Origin: Acanthaster planci
Lineage: Eukaryota
Length of the DNA: 64,000 nucleotides
NCBI RefSeq assembly: GCF_001949145.1
Contig: NW_019091361.1
Coordinates: 124,001 to 188,000, forward strand
Reading direction: 5' to 3'
The notes under the pieces are model-generated. The model saw only the letters and a list, made by a program, of their open reading frames with translations, was not told where the DNA came from and did no database searches. Each line of letters begins with the position of its first letter. Within the stretch, counting starts at the first letter, position 1. Below are positions 24,544 through 38,472 of this stretch, piece after piece. The position numbers and the translations under genes were made by a program.

Positions 24544-27500
24544 GATGGATAAAATTAATCAACGTCATTAACTCTATTTGTAGAAGGAATGAGATTCATG
24601 GACCGAAGCGAATTAATTACTGATGCAGCTCCAGCTCTATCGACGGGGTCTCTCTAACAGCCCCCACCCACAAAAACGTTTGGAAGACAACGATTTAGTG
24701 ACAGAATATGGACGAGAAGCCTAAAATTACGAAATACTGAGAATATACGAATAGGTAGATGTGCTTTTATGAATGTAAATAGCATTCGAGAGGCAACTGT
24801 TATCAGTATATAGCAATGATCATTGATTAATCATCGATCTATCTATGCACACACTCCCAAAAGATCAATGTATTTGACAGTTGATTGATAAATGTGAACA
24901 TTTAGAGTGATACTTTTAGCACAAGTGTGTTGAAGCATCGAGGTAGAAGCAGGTTGAAAAGTTTCAATGAATCTGCCACCGATAGAGAGTAGAGAAATAA
25001 AACGATCGATCATTGAACGCGTATTCATACGCGCGACGTGTCACTCAGTACAGCCTTCATGAGTGCAACACAGAATTCCTGACAGCCGCTGAGCCTGAAG
25101 TAATACCTTGCAAGGACATGTTCACATGTTGTTAGTGACCTTATTACCATATCAATATCTTCATCATGGTTGGCCGAACCTTGTCAAAAACATCACTCAC
25201 TAGTCACAGTACAGGAGCTTGTGTAGAACTTTTAGGTCTGGCCTCGCTATCAGCTTCAGGGTACGGGTTTAAGCCCCAGACTGTATACATATTCTTTGAT
25301 TTTTCACGGCACACGCACTGTATAGCAGGGCGTGTCTGAGCTGTGGACTTGGAGTGCAGTTGTGATTTGGAATCTTGTGCACTGCAGTCACTTTCTTCAT
25401 CACCTATCGGTAAGTACAGGACCGCCATTCTTCAGTTGCGTGGTATACCGTGTATGGTAGGCCTACCACATCTTGAGGATAGCACAACGCGTGCCGTGAG
25501 AAATGTCAGAAGACGTTGTGAACTTGTGTTGATGTCTTGTGTTAAGTGTCATGGTTCCACTCTCTAATAATTGTGCACATACTATCATCACGGTGTTTGT
25601 GTTCAGTGCACGTTTGACTCTGGACACTTTTATAACTCGTGAACGAAATGTGATATTGATACGAAGGTTTGTTCAACTGCTTGCATGATCAACACAAATC
25701 AAACGGACACCCTGGTTGTGATTTGGAGTTTACATTAACATTCTGAGTGATTTTATCAAGGTTTAGGATCTACAATCGGCCCTAGTATTTGACAAAAATC
25801 TGCAAAGTTCAATCATTTAATTAACATGTTCCCTCATCCTTCCACTGATTTCTAGACTGTTCCTGACTTTTGTCATGTTATTGTAAGCCAAAATTACCAC
25901 TTGAGACTGATTGTTTTACTGACGTTTTCGAACCAGGTCACCCCTTCTCCAAAATTATAATTGCAGTAACTTTATTTCCATTGTAGATATCTAACAAATC
26001 TGACAAGTTGACCAAAATGTTCACAAAGTCATAGCGATGAAGGCCACTGGTGTGTTGGATGTTGTCTTTTTCTTCTGCCTTTTTAACTGTACTTTGTAAG
26101 TGCATTTGCATTTAGCAATGTTAACCGTCTCTGCTACTGAAGCGTCATTACGCAGTCGTCGACATGCAGACCAATTTGAATATTTGTTGTGACTGCAAAC
26201 TTTAATAACCACATGGCATTAACGTAATCATGCATTTTTCCTAAAACATACTGACTCCGAGTAATTTGAAAATCGGAGACCCTGCTGGAAATATCCGAAA
26301 GAAACCTGTGATTTTAACGGATCTTTTGTTATTTTCCAGAAGCAGTTTCATATGCTGTTATATTATGTTGTCTTTGTGTTTCGGCCTTGCCATATTCAAC
26401 TGCCGATTCCTTTTTCTCATCCATTGGAAATAATTCTGAGCTGCATCTGTTTAAAGTGTTGCTTCTGTGTTAGGTTAAAGGAGCACTACACTATAAAAAT
26501 ATCCCTCTTAAAATATTGCCCATTACTAATTTTTGTTCGTCTAAAAAGTGTCAACCGTCTGAAAATATAGGCAGTGAATTTTATTTAATGTTGATAACCC
26601 CATTGCTAAAATAAACAAAGACAAAAGTGCATATTGCTTGTATGTGTAAAAAAAACTTGTCAACTTTTCGACCCGTGTTGATCGAGTCTAATAAGGATAA
26701 ATTTAGTCTTTACAAAAGCGCTGCTGAAGCGATCATCAAATTGCCTATCTTGATACAATCTTCGTATGTTTGAACTTTGATTCGGCGTGTTTACAAACCT
26801 AAAGGTAGCCTCACATCCAGCAGTAATTTGTAATTGTAGTTTTCACGTAAGAGCCATGTCCACGATAATGTGTCTTTAATCGTGTCCTCGGCAAAATTCA
26901 TTGTTACATGGTTCAAGTTCGCGGTTCGTTGATAAGAGCTCCGTACTTTCGATCAGTGAGCCATCTCTCTAAGTTGCGGCCATGGTATCGCCCACCTCCA
27001 AGCTAACTCCACTCACAGAGTTACAAACCCTCCACCGTACTACATGTACAGTACATGTTCATAGAATCCTGGTAGCTAACACCCCTCTCAACGTGTCCTT
27101 GGCACTTGACACACCAACGATATTTAGAGTGTGTTGGCATTTAGTGCGCCATTGTCATGTATGCATTTATCATTCACATAAGTCTGTACGTGAAAATCCA
27201 GCCGCACGGGCTAGGTCGAGTGTAATAATAAAAAAAAAAATTGTTAGCCCTTATGGCTCCGAGCAATACGGAACGACGCCACTTTTGGACTACACTTCTG
27301 CCTGACAATGACGCTTCACTGGCTCACCGTTCTTTAGTCAGTAATGTGTTCTGGGTTGTCGTTTTAACTCTGACTAGTTGAAGTGAGAACAAGCAATCGG
27401 CTTAGCCTGTCTGCTGTTGATAGGTAAGGTGGTATATTGTGTACAGAACCTATTACGCTACTGAGGGAACCTGGATCTCTATCGCACAAGAAGGAGACCT

Positions 27501-28209
27501 ATATCTGTAAAGATGAAATAGGCCCTATGGTAGCTAGAATCATGCATGGAGAAATTTCTCGAGGAAACATTCAGGAGAACTTGAGAAAAAAGTCTACAGT
27601 GTTTGTATGTGTAGTCGAGTCCTGTACATTTTCAATTGGTTGGTTTTGCGCATGCGTCACATAAGTAGAATTTATTAGTAAGATTCTTGGTCCAAGACAC
27701 AAGTGGAAAGATTTAGTTATTCTGGTTAAGCCTTGGTGTGACTGATTTGGAAGGTTACCTGAAATCATTCCTGGGAGGGCTCTGTACACTTATGTTTGCC
27801 CAATGCACGCAATCCATTGTCATAGTGTGCAAAATTGCAGTGCCATTGCTACCGGTTCAATAAAACTTGGAACTTTTTCTGAGGCAGATGTTTAAAAAAG
27901 GAAGAAATCTTTGGATCTTTTTTCAGAGGCAGATTTTTTTAAGAAGAGGAAAATATCTGGGAGAGAATAAAATAAAAGACAATAAACAATACTGTTCTGG
28001 TTTAGGAATATCCTATCTCTGTTTACATCTCCCCAACTAAACTGTAAGGTTTTTTATTGAACCACGTGGTACACTCTTGCCGATATAGCGATTAAATTGC
28101 CAGTGGCACCTCTGACATTCAGTCTGCCTCACATTTCAAGTCACATTCAGAGATAAGTGATATTCAATAATATAGAGAGATTTATTATTTCTTTTGAAAG
28201 AAAGTCAGC

Positions 28210-29411
28210 ATGGAAAGCAGCAGTGTCACAAGGACCTCTCACACAACAACTACAGTGGTGTCCCAACAACCTATGGTGGGCGAGAGCCGGACAGTCATAG
28301 TCCGCGTAAGAAAAGAGTTCCTTTATAGTTAAACACTGCATAGGCCATTGACAATCCCTCTTCCCACTGTGTGACAAGATCCACCAATTAAAGCAGTCAT
28401 AAATGGAAGGGTAAAACGACCATTCTAAATTGTTAGGGGATGATTCAATACTGTCCAATTTGACATATTGCTTCAACATATTGTTGCCGCAAACTACTCA
28501 CGAAGTAAATATGAGGATTTGCATGCAGTCCTTTCTTAATGCAAAAGAGTGAACATCCAGTTGTGTTTCATTATTTAGACGATTTGAAAGGATTTGAATT
28601 TCACCCTGAGCGTGCTTTTTTTGCTGTTTTCTCTCTTTTACATTTAAGAGAGTGTTTTATCAATCTTTACCCGGTCATTTATATGTATGGCCATTGCTGT
28701 TTATCAGTTGTTTATGTGGTATTCAGTTTACACTTCATTACAATTTACAATTCCTTTCAAACACAAGCACTTTTCATCTTTCTCACATTTTGGCACACAG
28801 AACCAAGTTACCGAACATGATTGGTCCAGCGGATTGTGTGAATGTCACAGAGATATTAAAACATGTGAGTAGACTTCATGTCGATGTTCTGATCATGACT
28901 TCTTCACTTTAGAGTGTGATTAAAGTGCAAAACATCGAGATGATTATATATATATAGCAGGAGCTTTGTATCTGGTTCTTACTGTTTTGGCTTTCATGAT
29001 TCTTCGTTTCTTAGGTCTGTTGTCCTTCTTTTGCATGCCGTGTTTCGCCTGTTATGTAGCCTCCCGGCAGAATGAGTTTGCATGCATTCCGCTGTGCGTA
29101 CCAGGTGGAGAGATAGCTATGCGTACAAAGCTTCGAACGCAAGAAAACATCCGCGTGAGTGCCCACAGTCAATGCTTGTAACACCTTTGTTGGTATAGTG
29201 CTACCTGTCGATTTAAGATTTGACCTTGCCATAGGTGTCTAATTTATTGGTTTGGATCATGTATTAGGTGTCATCCCAATCAAAAACATGTCTGTTTTGT
29301 CACAATTCACAGGGATCAATCTGTGATGACTGCCTGAAACTGATTTTCTGCCCATGTTGTGCGTTGGCCCAGATGAGCAAGGAGCTTGATCACATCGAAC
29401 ATAAGATCTAA
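28210..29411 (+). CDS. PLAC8/cornifelin-family Cys-rich protein; exons 28210-28305, 28801-28864, 29015-29154, 29313-29411 (132 aa)
   Basis: The translation MESSSV...VVSQQP...DWSSGLCECHRDIKTCLLSFFCMPCFACYVASRQNEFAC...AMRTKLRTQENIRGSICDDCLKLIFCPCCALAQMSKEL contains the diagnostic PLAC8 motifs WSSGLC.C, CxxCxxC, R....I.GS...DC and CxxCALxQxxxEL. Junctions are GT-AG and in frame. Confidence 0.92.
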
Positions 29412-32400
29412 GCAGCCATCGGCGAACCACAAAATAACAACTTCGACAGCTGGGGCGCATTCTTTAACATCGCCCCGCGTATCGTGCGTCCAAAGTTTAC
29501 ACGTAAATTCGTGATGCGCACGTCATTGGTGGATGCCAAGAGGTAGACATCTGTTAACTGCCCCGTGCGATATAGCAGTTTCAAAGCCACATTTCTTTGC
29601 ACCGCGCTAGTAACAGTCTTGCCATAATCACTGATACAAAGCATGTGTATACACATGATATGCTCTCTCGTTTAGAATCTTCTTACTTCGTTTTGCCTAT
29701 TGCTTGCTAACATGTAATATGATATTAGGATGTGACTGCAGTTTTAGGCTAGCCCTTCTTGACATATATTTAAAATTTGTTTATGAATACATATGCCTTT
29801 ACATTGCACCTGTTGACATGACCAGCTCAAGCCGCAGTGTTTTACAAAACAAGCGTATGCTGCGGAAAATACAGTGCATATAATGGGCGGAATGGTTTGA
29901 GAGGTTGGGTGGATTGATAATTCACCTGATTGTAACACCAATTTACGGTACGATACCTTCGGGGCCACTCAAAATTTTCCATGTTTTATGAATTTCGATT
30001 TAAAAAAAAAAATAGTGGGTGGGTGCATCAAAATAAGTTATTGAAAATCGAAATTCACTCTTCATTTTAAAGAGGAAAGAAACCTTTTATTTTCTTTTGG
30101 ACGTGCGTGAACTATGCGCGCCGCGCCAGCGTTCCGTATACACGTACGTATGCAATCTTTTTCAATTTCGTTCCGAGTTATGGATAGAATGACCTGTGCA
30201 CATGTATCTTACGGTGTGAAATTCCTTGGGTGACGGTCGTACACCTATTTCATCAGGCTTGTTGGCTGCATCCGAATCTGTTGACTAGAACTAGGTCTCC
30301 ACTCCATCTGAAATAGGCCTACATTTTTGGTTCTGAGGTTGCAATATTTTTCATGTTTTAATCATTGTGTTTTTTTGTGGAGAAGCGCAGACAGTGGCCT
30401 TTGCCGTAGCTGAAGGTGCGTAGAATCAAATATAAAACGGCCGTTATAAGTGATACTTTGCAAACTCTGCAGGCTTTCACGCCATCTTGAAGCAATTTGC
30501 AATTTGTGACGGAAGCACACGAGAAGCCTGCACGGCAAACCGGTTCCTACTGCTGGAATAGCGAGAATGACATGGAATGGCCGGGAGCCAGTGACCCCCA
30601 AGATAACATGACACATTCCGAACTCATACAGCCGTAAAACATGAAACGATCAAAAACTTAAGAAGTATTTTCGCGAGTTAATTAACAAAATCATGTTGCT
30701 GTCCATGCATAGGAAGTTTTATATCGAAAAAAAATCGAAATTTAAAAACATTGAACATTTTGAATAGCCCCTTACGATGCGTAATTAAATATTAAAGCAT
30801 ATGTAGGTAGTACGGACTACATATTTTTGGCTCGTTTTGTAGATAAAGATGTAAAAGATACATTTTCCTGCTTATTTTGTGCTTACAAATTTGATGATCC
30901 TTTGTTAACTTATGCATTTAAGAATCATGCATTTGCCTACACAGACAATGTTTATTAGGAATGCTGGTAATGCTAGAGGTTTGCTGAAGAAAGGGTAATA
31001 TTTTCTTTGTACATGTAACACTGTTCTTTCTTTTTAGTAAAGCGTTCCACAGACAAGTTTCAGTTCACAGCGGCATGCAAATAAGTCTTACAGTAATACT
31101 GAGAAGACTGCCTTATTTGAGTCTCGTACCTCCACTTTCGTGAAAGATACCAACAACTTGTTATCAAACACTTTACTATTCTGTGACATGTATTTGAAAA
31201 TGTGTAGGGCCTAGTGGTTATGTCAAAGACTAAAAAATGTCAAACGTCGGGAAAACTTGCTTCATTCGGTTTTTGATTTTTTCTGCACTATGATTTGCAG
31301 CCTGTTCCGCCTCAGTTTACCTAAACGGAGGCGGAATTATATTTGTACATCATATTTTCCTTTTTCAGGGGGCCTGGCGCGTAAGAATTTTTAGAATCAG
31401 GGCTTCAATGGAAGTTCCTGTTTGTAGTGCAGATTCTTCTATTAAATCGTTTGACGGCATATTTATTTCTTTTCGGCAGTGTATGCATCATAATTAGTGC
31501 AGAAAGTTCTTGAGCTTTGTGTTTGCCTTCAAAAATACGGTGTTCCCAGCTCACCAAGACCAACTAAAGGGGACAGCCACGTTATGTAAAGCGCCCTCAA
31601 TTATAGTGCGACGTACTCACCAGGCACTGAGGATAGAATAATTCATAACACGTAATGAACAGTTTACTAATTAAAGATGAAGGGGATTTATTCACGTTAG
31701 GCCTATTGTTTGAAATAAAATGACTGATGAGTCTGTCTGCCTAGATCCCTGACTCAAATGCTCAGACACCAACTGGCATGATGTGGAACAAGTGAACTTA
31801 TTAGCATCGTTTGTTGCTCTGCACGGACAATTTTGTACACCCATAGGTATTTTCCAATTGAGCGTTACATGCATTATATCTCACTATATATCGAGCCATC
31901 CAGAGTTGTTGGAATCTGTGCGAAATCATAAGTCTATACATGTAATCGTATACCTTTATTTAACAAAGCACACTTTTAAAGCTATACCGATACGCATAAT
32001 AATAGAAAAAGGAAGCCGACGTTTTACCATACGGTTTCGAACATTAGGACAAGCTGTAAAAGACAGTGTCTGCATTAGGTCTCTGAGGTTTTGGTTTACC
32101 TGATTCATTTTAAGAATAAAATGCTTTCAGCTTTTTAGTGAGAGGTAACTTGTTGTGTCCATTGTATATATTCATTGACGAGTTGAGGTATGTATTCGCT
32201 GATCTGAAGTACGAGAGTAAGTCAAGAGTTGGAATAAATAAGACATTGTTATAATCGCCATTAAGGTTTCTTCAATGGTTTATGTATACAGAAAAATATG
32301 CTAGACTTTATGAACTCGTCTAATACATGTATTAGTCAAACCAATAATGCCTCTATAGGGGAAATGAATGCACTTCACGGGCATGTGCTCGCTGAGAGCA

Positions 32401-32833
32401 CAAGAACATTGCAGACCAGATCGTTGGTCAAGTTCCGCCTGCGCTACGTTAACATTTGTACATGTATATGTACATGTATTCAATAAAATAATACACTACA
32501 TGATATGTATATCTTTTCCTCATTCATTACAATTTTCTCTGTCGTAATCACAGGTGTCAGGTGTAGAAGGCTGGTCGTCCTCAGATGTTTCCAGTCGTTA
32601 CACACAACTCAAGTTGTATACTGAATTCGGCCTCACCAGCTGCAAATGTCACATGACCGATTGTCATGTGACCATTACCTTTTTTCCTCTGATTGCAAAA
32701 ATACATGTTTATTTTAATGACGATAGGAAATGGATTCCATTTGCTCTTTGTGTAAAGCACTGTTCAGAAATGGGGTCTGAACTTTCTTCTTCGACTTGCA
32801 GACAGCGTTTTGTAAACCAATATGGCATGGCGG

Positions 32834-35800
32834 CTATTGGATGACGCACACTGTGCTTTTATTCTGCTCTAATGTTGTTGGTAAGTTGGTCTTCTTGTTT
32901 TGATGTAGCCGATCGATCACCTAAAATTGAAAAAGAAAATACAGCAGTTGTGCATTTTGCAAAGCCAAAGGCATGCTCACTGTAGTGGAAATTGAAAAGT
33001 ATTGAGTTAGGGCGGCTTGCTCTCATGTGTTCACGAACAGCTTGATTTGTTGTTCGTGGGTCGGCCGCTCGAACGCCGGGAACAAACAACCGGTTATCGC
33101 TGGTAGTTAGTGATAAGCAACATGCAACATGGTGCCGTCCATGTAGGCTAAGTTATTCGAGAGTTAATGTTTGGATGGGCTGAATTCTTTTTCATATAAA
33201 CAGGAACATTCATTTCTGTGTTTCGGAAAATAACTATGCAGTAAACCCACAGAGGGCGGAATTCAACGAGTTCAAATTTGTTTTCAACCTTTGCAAATTC
33301 GCTACAGAATATTTGATTTGACGTCAAAAAATAATTTGCGTTCGTGTCTGTGTTAAGCATGTATCGTCTTAATCAAGCCTCACGTCCATAGTTTTTCATA
33401 AACTTGAGGGATAAAATTGTGTCATGTATACCATGTAAATCAATAAGTGTGTGTCTCAGTTTCGCAATGCTGGCTTTTAACTCAAACGCTCAACAAATCC
33501 CATCCCTATGCATGGAAGGGATAATCCTCCAGTAATTACAGCAAAAAATTTAAAAAACCGGAACTGAACTTAGTGGAGGTCTTTGGATGTGATGGATTCA
33601 CCTGCCAGTTACACAGTCACCATACTGTCAGCTAAGTTACTCACCGCCAAGCATTCCATGAAATCCAGATCGCTAGACTCGTCATTGTCGATCTGTTTAA
33701 CGATATCTCGCACTTGTTGCTTCGTAAAAAGTAAACTGCTTGTCTCCAAGATCTTCTCCAGTTCATCAGCGTCAATTGTCTGAGTGATTAACAGTAGGAA
33801 TTAGTTGTTACTAAGTTTGATGTTGCACGTCTAGCACAAGTTAATAATCAAGAACCTTACCTCACCCAATATGTCCATCGAGAATTTGATGTCATGGAAA
33901 AGACCCCAGATATTGTCTGGGTCGACGCTTAAAGCTTTTGCATGCATAAGAATTTTCACACAAATTAGATATGTCGTTCTATATACTGCGGACCATCTTC
34001 AATGCTACACAGGGCAGATCCAGGACGTTCTGTTGGGAGATTTCGGGAGGTATGGTGAATCAATTCAATTTCTTTGTTTTGTTCTCAACCGTACACGCAA
34101 AATACACATGGTTTATGCGTTTTAAGGAGGTCTTCCAACCTTAAGACGTACATGTAGGCAATAATCAGGGGTCATCCACTTCTGGATTTTCGCCTACCAT
34201 CAGAAATTGTTTAGATAATCATAAACAGAGGTCCCAATTCAACTATTCTTTGCGTCGTTGAGAATGTTCTTTACTATTGCCTGCTTTGGACTTTGAATAT
34301 CGGCCAAGGTTAATTCGGAAAAGATCGTGAGACGCAGATGAAACCAAAGTTAATAAACCAAAGTATGTCTGTCAGGATATAACAGCTTCAGAATTTTTAA
34401 TAATACAAAAATAAAAAAATAAGAAAATTCTCAGATCTACAGGGCAGGAGCTGGAAGCACTTGGTGTACACATAAATAGCTTGACTTAGATAAATTCCAA
34501 TTACAATTTGATTTGTCCTTACACCTAAATCGACCAAATGACACATGTCCTCCTTAAATCTTTAAACTTACCCCGTCTTTATTGATGTCAGCTTCAACGA
34601 ATTTCTTCTCTGCGGCAAGTAAAACAGACAGCTTCAGATTTGGATACGTCCTTGCAATTTCCTGCCAGTCAAACCAGATTTATCCCAAATTAATTCATAT
34701 TCCACATCATGAAGAATTTGTATCAAAGGAAGTGTTGAAAAAAAGCTTAGAAAGGCATTCACTGTCACATAGGCCTACGTGTATTTTGAGTTTCCGTTTC
34801 TTGTTTTTACTTCTTACATCAAATAACCTCTAAACGTAAAAACACCAGCCTTTTACGAAAAATATGCTCGTTCCCTTTGTTCTGTAATAGTTAATCAAGG
34901 GTTCGTATCATCTCCTAGATATTGGTAAATCAGTAAGGTTAATAAACCAGGTATTCTCCATCTTTGAAATAAAATGTACATACAGGTTTGAAACTGACCT
35001 CATAATATTTGTAGGTGTCCTTGAGATGTCCTTCTTTTTCTACTTCCGATGACGTAACCTCAATCGTGGGTGCTTTTGCGCTCTTTCTTGGCTTCTGTCT
35101 GGAGTTGGCATGCTTAGCGGTCTTAGGTCTGGCTTTTCGCCCTCCCTTGGTTTAAAAATATTGTTAGCCAATTGATTATTAATTTGATTGGCGCTTCTTC
35201 AAATTGTAAGGTTATTAATGTGAGTGGAAGTTTTGGGCTTTTCCCTCAAAAGTCAATAACTTGCTCGGAAATGAAAGAGGTTTGAATACATGTAATGATG
35301 ATTAATACCTTCGGCGTAGATACTGGTGTGCCCGACGGACTTGCAGACGGAGAATGCGCAGTAACAGATAGCTTCTTGGATTCTTTCTCAGCTTTCTTCA
35401 ATGTCTTCAACTCAGACAGCTGAAAAATTGTTGAAAAATAGATATACCAATGAGTACGAAGTTATAAATTCCAAACATCGCTATGCTGAAGTAGGTCATC
35501 AGAAAGTTTAGTTATAAGTTTAACATATTAAGCAGCTTTTTAGAAACAAAACTGATATCGAAACGCTGATTTTTTTGCCTATACTTTTCACGCGAATATT
35601 GATTAATGACGGACAAGTGAATTGTTGGCGTATATTGTGTATCTTCCAAGTGTAACAGTACTGGAGCCAGGACAGAGTGACCGGTGACCTCTATAGAGGA
35701 GCTGCATGGAGCGCTCTCACAGAGGACATGTTAAGATTTATTGACTGCGAAGTNNNNNNNNNNNNNNNNNNNNNNNNNNNNNNNNNNNNNNNNNNNNNNN

Positions 35801-37622
35801 NNNNNNNNNNNNNNNNNNNNNNNNNNNNNNNNNNNNNNNNNNNNNNNNNNNNNNNNNNNNNNNNNNNNNNNNNNNNNNNNNNNNNNNNNNNNNNNNNNNN
35901 NNNNNNNNNNNNNNNNNNNNNNNNNNNNNNNNNNNNNNNNNNNNNNNNNNNNNNNNNNNNNNNNNNNNNNNNNNNNNNNNNNNNNNNNNNNNNNNNNNNN
36001 NNNNNNNNNNNNNNNNNNNNNNNNNNNNNNNNNNNNNNNNNNNNNNNNNNNNNNNNNNNNNNNNNNNNNNNNNNNNNNNNNNNNNNNNNNNNNNNNNNNN
36101 NNNNNNNNNNNNNNNNNNNNNNNNNNNNNNNNNTCTACTCATTTTTATATCACACAGGAACAAAAACCTGTCTCCCTTGAGGGCGCTCCATGCAGCCCCT
36201 GTAACTTCAGCAGTATTTGTAGATTTTTTGATTGAATACTGTTGAGTTGTAGTTTTACCAAGCAAAAACATACTTTTAATAATTGTAAGATCGTTTCTTC
36301 ACTTGATAATACCCAAAAGGCGGTGCTCATTGGGGCATAACACGTTTTTGGAAATAAACCTCTTTCAGGAGTGACCATCATTGAAACATACATGTATAGC
36401 ATGGTAGTGCTTACACACCCTATATGCTGAAAACTTGTTGGAAATATTCAAATTAAACTATTTTTAATTTTAGTATTTTTGCACCATTTTATTTCGTATC
36501 ATTTGCGATCGTAAGTTAGTTGATGAGATCTCTGGGCACATTACATTAAATGAGAGAAATATTATAATGGGTGATTCCTTTGGGGATCACTGTGTGGCGT
36601 TGTAACAGAAAGGAGGCTGGGAATAGATTAAAAACTCCAGAAATCCATGGTACATGTATAAATGTTCATGTATGAATCAACAGGATGTCGGCCAACTCAA
36701 CCGTACGCTGAGAGAACTCGACCGGAGGATGGCAAATGGTCAAGTTAATTGTCAGGACCCCACTCAACGAAATCCCTACTTGTTGTATTGAAACTTGTAA
36801 TCCGCTGAAATTAGGTGATATTCAAAGTTTCAGCGATTGAATCTCGAGATACATCGGATACATGATTCCTCACAGCGGCCCCATCCCATCCATTACAAAT
36901 AGAAATTTTCCGAAAAGAAGAACCAAATTTTTTGTCTAGTGACCCGTAGTGATTTTTGTGTCCCCTTAAAACTCATCAACTTATGTATTTTATCTTATAT
37001 AATATTTGTTAAATTGTCCTTGTTTCAGTAATGTTTTAATTTCAATTTTAATATATTAATAATACTGTAATTTTCCTTTAAGTCAGTTTTATTGTAAATC
37101 ATGTACAATTAGGCAAACGGCCACGACACGAGTTGAAACCCCAAAATTAAATAAATAAATCAGGATATGGACGCTTTTGGACCACGTCGATGCATGGGCG
37201 TTACCAAAATATTTACCAGTGGGAGCGGAGCACGTCGATGGTCAACGTGAAAGCAAGAGAAGGCCTACATGACACAGTTAAAACAATATTTCCCAACTGA
37301 AACAGATCAAATTCCCAGTAATTACATTTCTGGATTTTGATCCTATTGATTAATTAAAGTGAGTATTATGGTTCTACATAACATAAATAAATCCCGCGTT
37401 TAGATTTTAGAAACATACCTCTTTTTCTAATTTGTCGATCTGTTGGAGAAGTTCAAAATTCCTGGCTCTAGTGCTATTGAGTTCCTTTTCCTTCTCTTCA
37501 AGGGAAGCCTTCAGAGCCTCTCTATCTTTGAGTAAGAGAACAAATTCGGAAGTTTTCTGTGAGCGAGTGGGATCCACTGTCTGGTCCGGCTGGGCACCGT
37601 TTACTTCAGCCGTGTCGCCCAT
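32834..37622 (-). CDS. Uncharacterised EF-hand Ca2+-binding protein with N-terminal coiled coil and C-terminal CaaX; exons (minus) 37622-37419, 35419-35309, 35145-34999, 34661-34572, 33779-33645, 32920-32834 (257 aa if the gap hides no exon)
   Basis: Six exons joined by phase-0 GT-AG introns give one open frame: MGDTAEV...LKASLEEKEKELNSTRARNFELLQQIDKLEKELSELK...GGRKARPKTAK...FVEADINKDGTIDADELEKIL...VRDIVKQIDNDESSDLDFMECLAVIDRL...KSTVCVIQ*. It has two EF loops, DINKDGTIDADE and DNDESSDLDFME. Confidence 0.85.
35692..36203. mobile_element. TIR element spanning the assembly gap
   Basis: The left flank AGAGGAGCTGCATGGAGCGCTCTCA is the near reverse complement of the right flank TGAGGGCGCTCCATGCAGCCCCTGT. 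Confidence 0.6.
35754..36133. other. Assembly gap (N run)
   Basis: A run of 380 Ns. Confidence 0.99.
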
Positions 37623-38472
37623 ATTGTTCTGTCTCGCCTGTGACTTGATTCTCTGAAGCCTAGAGGTCTTCCCTGTTTGTGAGAAAGTAACAAGTGCTGG
37701 TCCTGGTTGTCAACTGGTTATAGTCCTCGCAGTGGGCAAACAACCCTCTGTATAAACTCCAATCATGTGAATATAATCGATACAAAAGAATATGTATAAC
37801 TCTTCTGTGAAGTTTGATGACAACGATCAACAGTTTACTTGACAAATGAAAGAGCACTGATGGCAAACGCGAAGCATAGCATCATACAACTGTAGTTGCT
37901 AGGCCCATCGCACGGTTGCTATCACCTGTCACCGTATTTTGAGCCGTCTACATAAAGCTGTATTCGGCTTTTCACTGTGGTCAAAGGAGTGACGTGCTGT
38001 TGTTGGGATTATTGACTTAACAAAGGGAAGAGATCCACAGTTTACATATGATGAATAGGCAATAATCTACTCTATCGAGTATTGCCCTTTATTCCTTTCG
38101 TGACGTCATTAAAGTAAACAAAACCAGTGAAGGCCGTGCACCAAATGGAGTTGGAAGGTCACAGTATTATGCTGTAGAGCTGAAGTTGCAAATGGGAAAG
38201 CTTCAGCCGGGTGTCAGTCCCTTAGCTCATTTATATACAAATGTAGTCGGCTTATCTTTTTATGAACTAAACGAGATTATTTGGGAATGATGTGCTCTCA
38301 GCCTAAGTTTTTGAGATGCGGTCTACATGCACGCTGTTCGTTAATATTAACGTTGTAGGGGAAAACAGAATCAATCAAAAGTCGATGAAAGTTTCTTCTA
38401 AATTAAAATTACAATTATTTTACTTCATTTTTGAAATTCAACTTTGATACTAACATGGAGCTACTTTCTCAC

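Noticed and set aside
26474..26879. Kolobok-like TTAA-flanked element (TTAAAGG...CTTTAA)
   Set aside because: The terminal match is too short and degenerate to support.
31724..31760. Hammerhead ribozyme core (CTGATGAGTC...GAC)
   Set aside because: The required GAAA after stem II is absent. The other CTGATGA sites I checked also lack it.
35677..36271. ORFs spanning the N run
   Set aside because: They are artefacts of translating through Ns.
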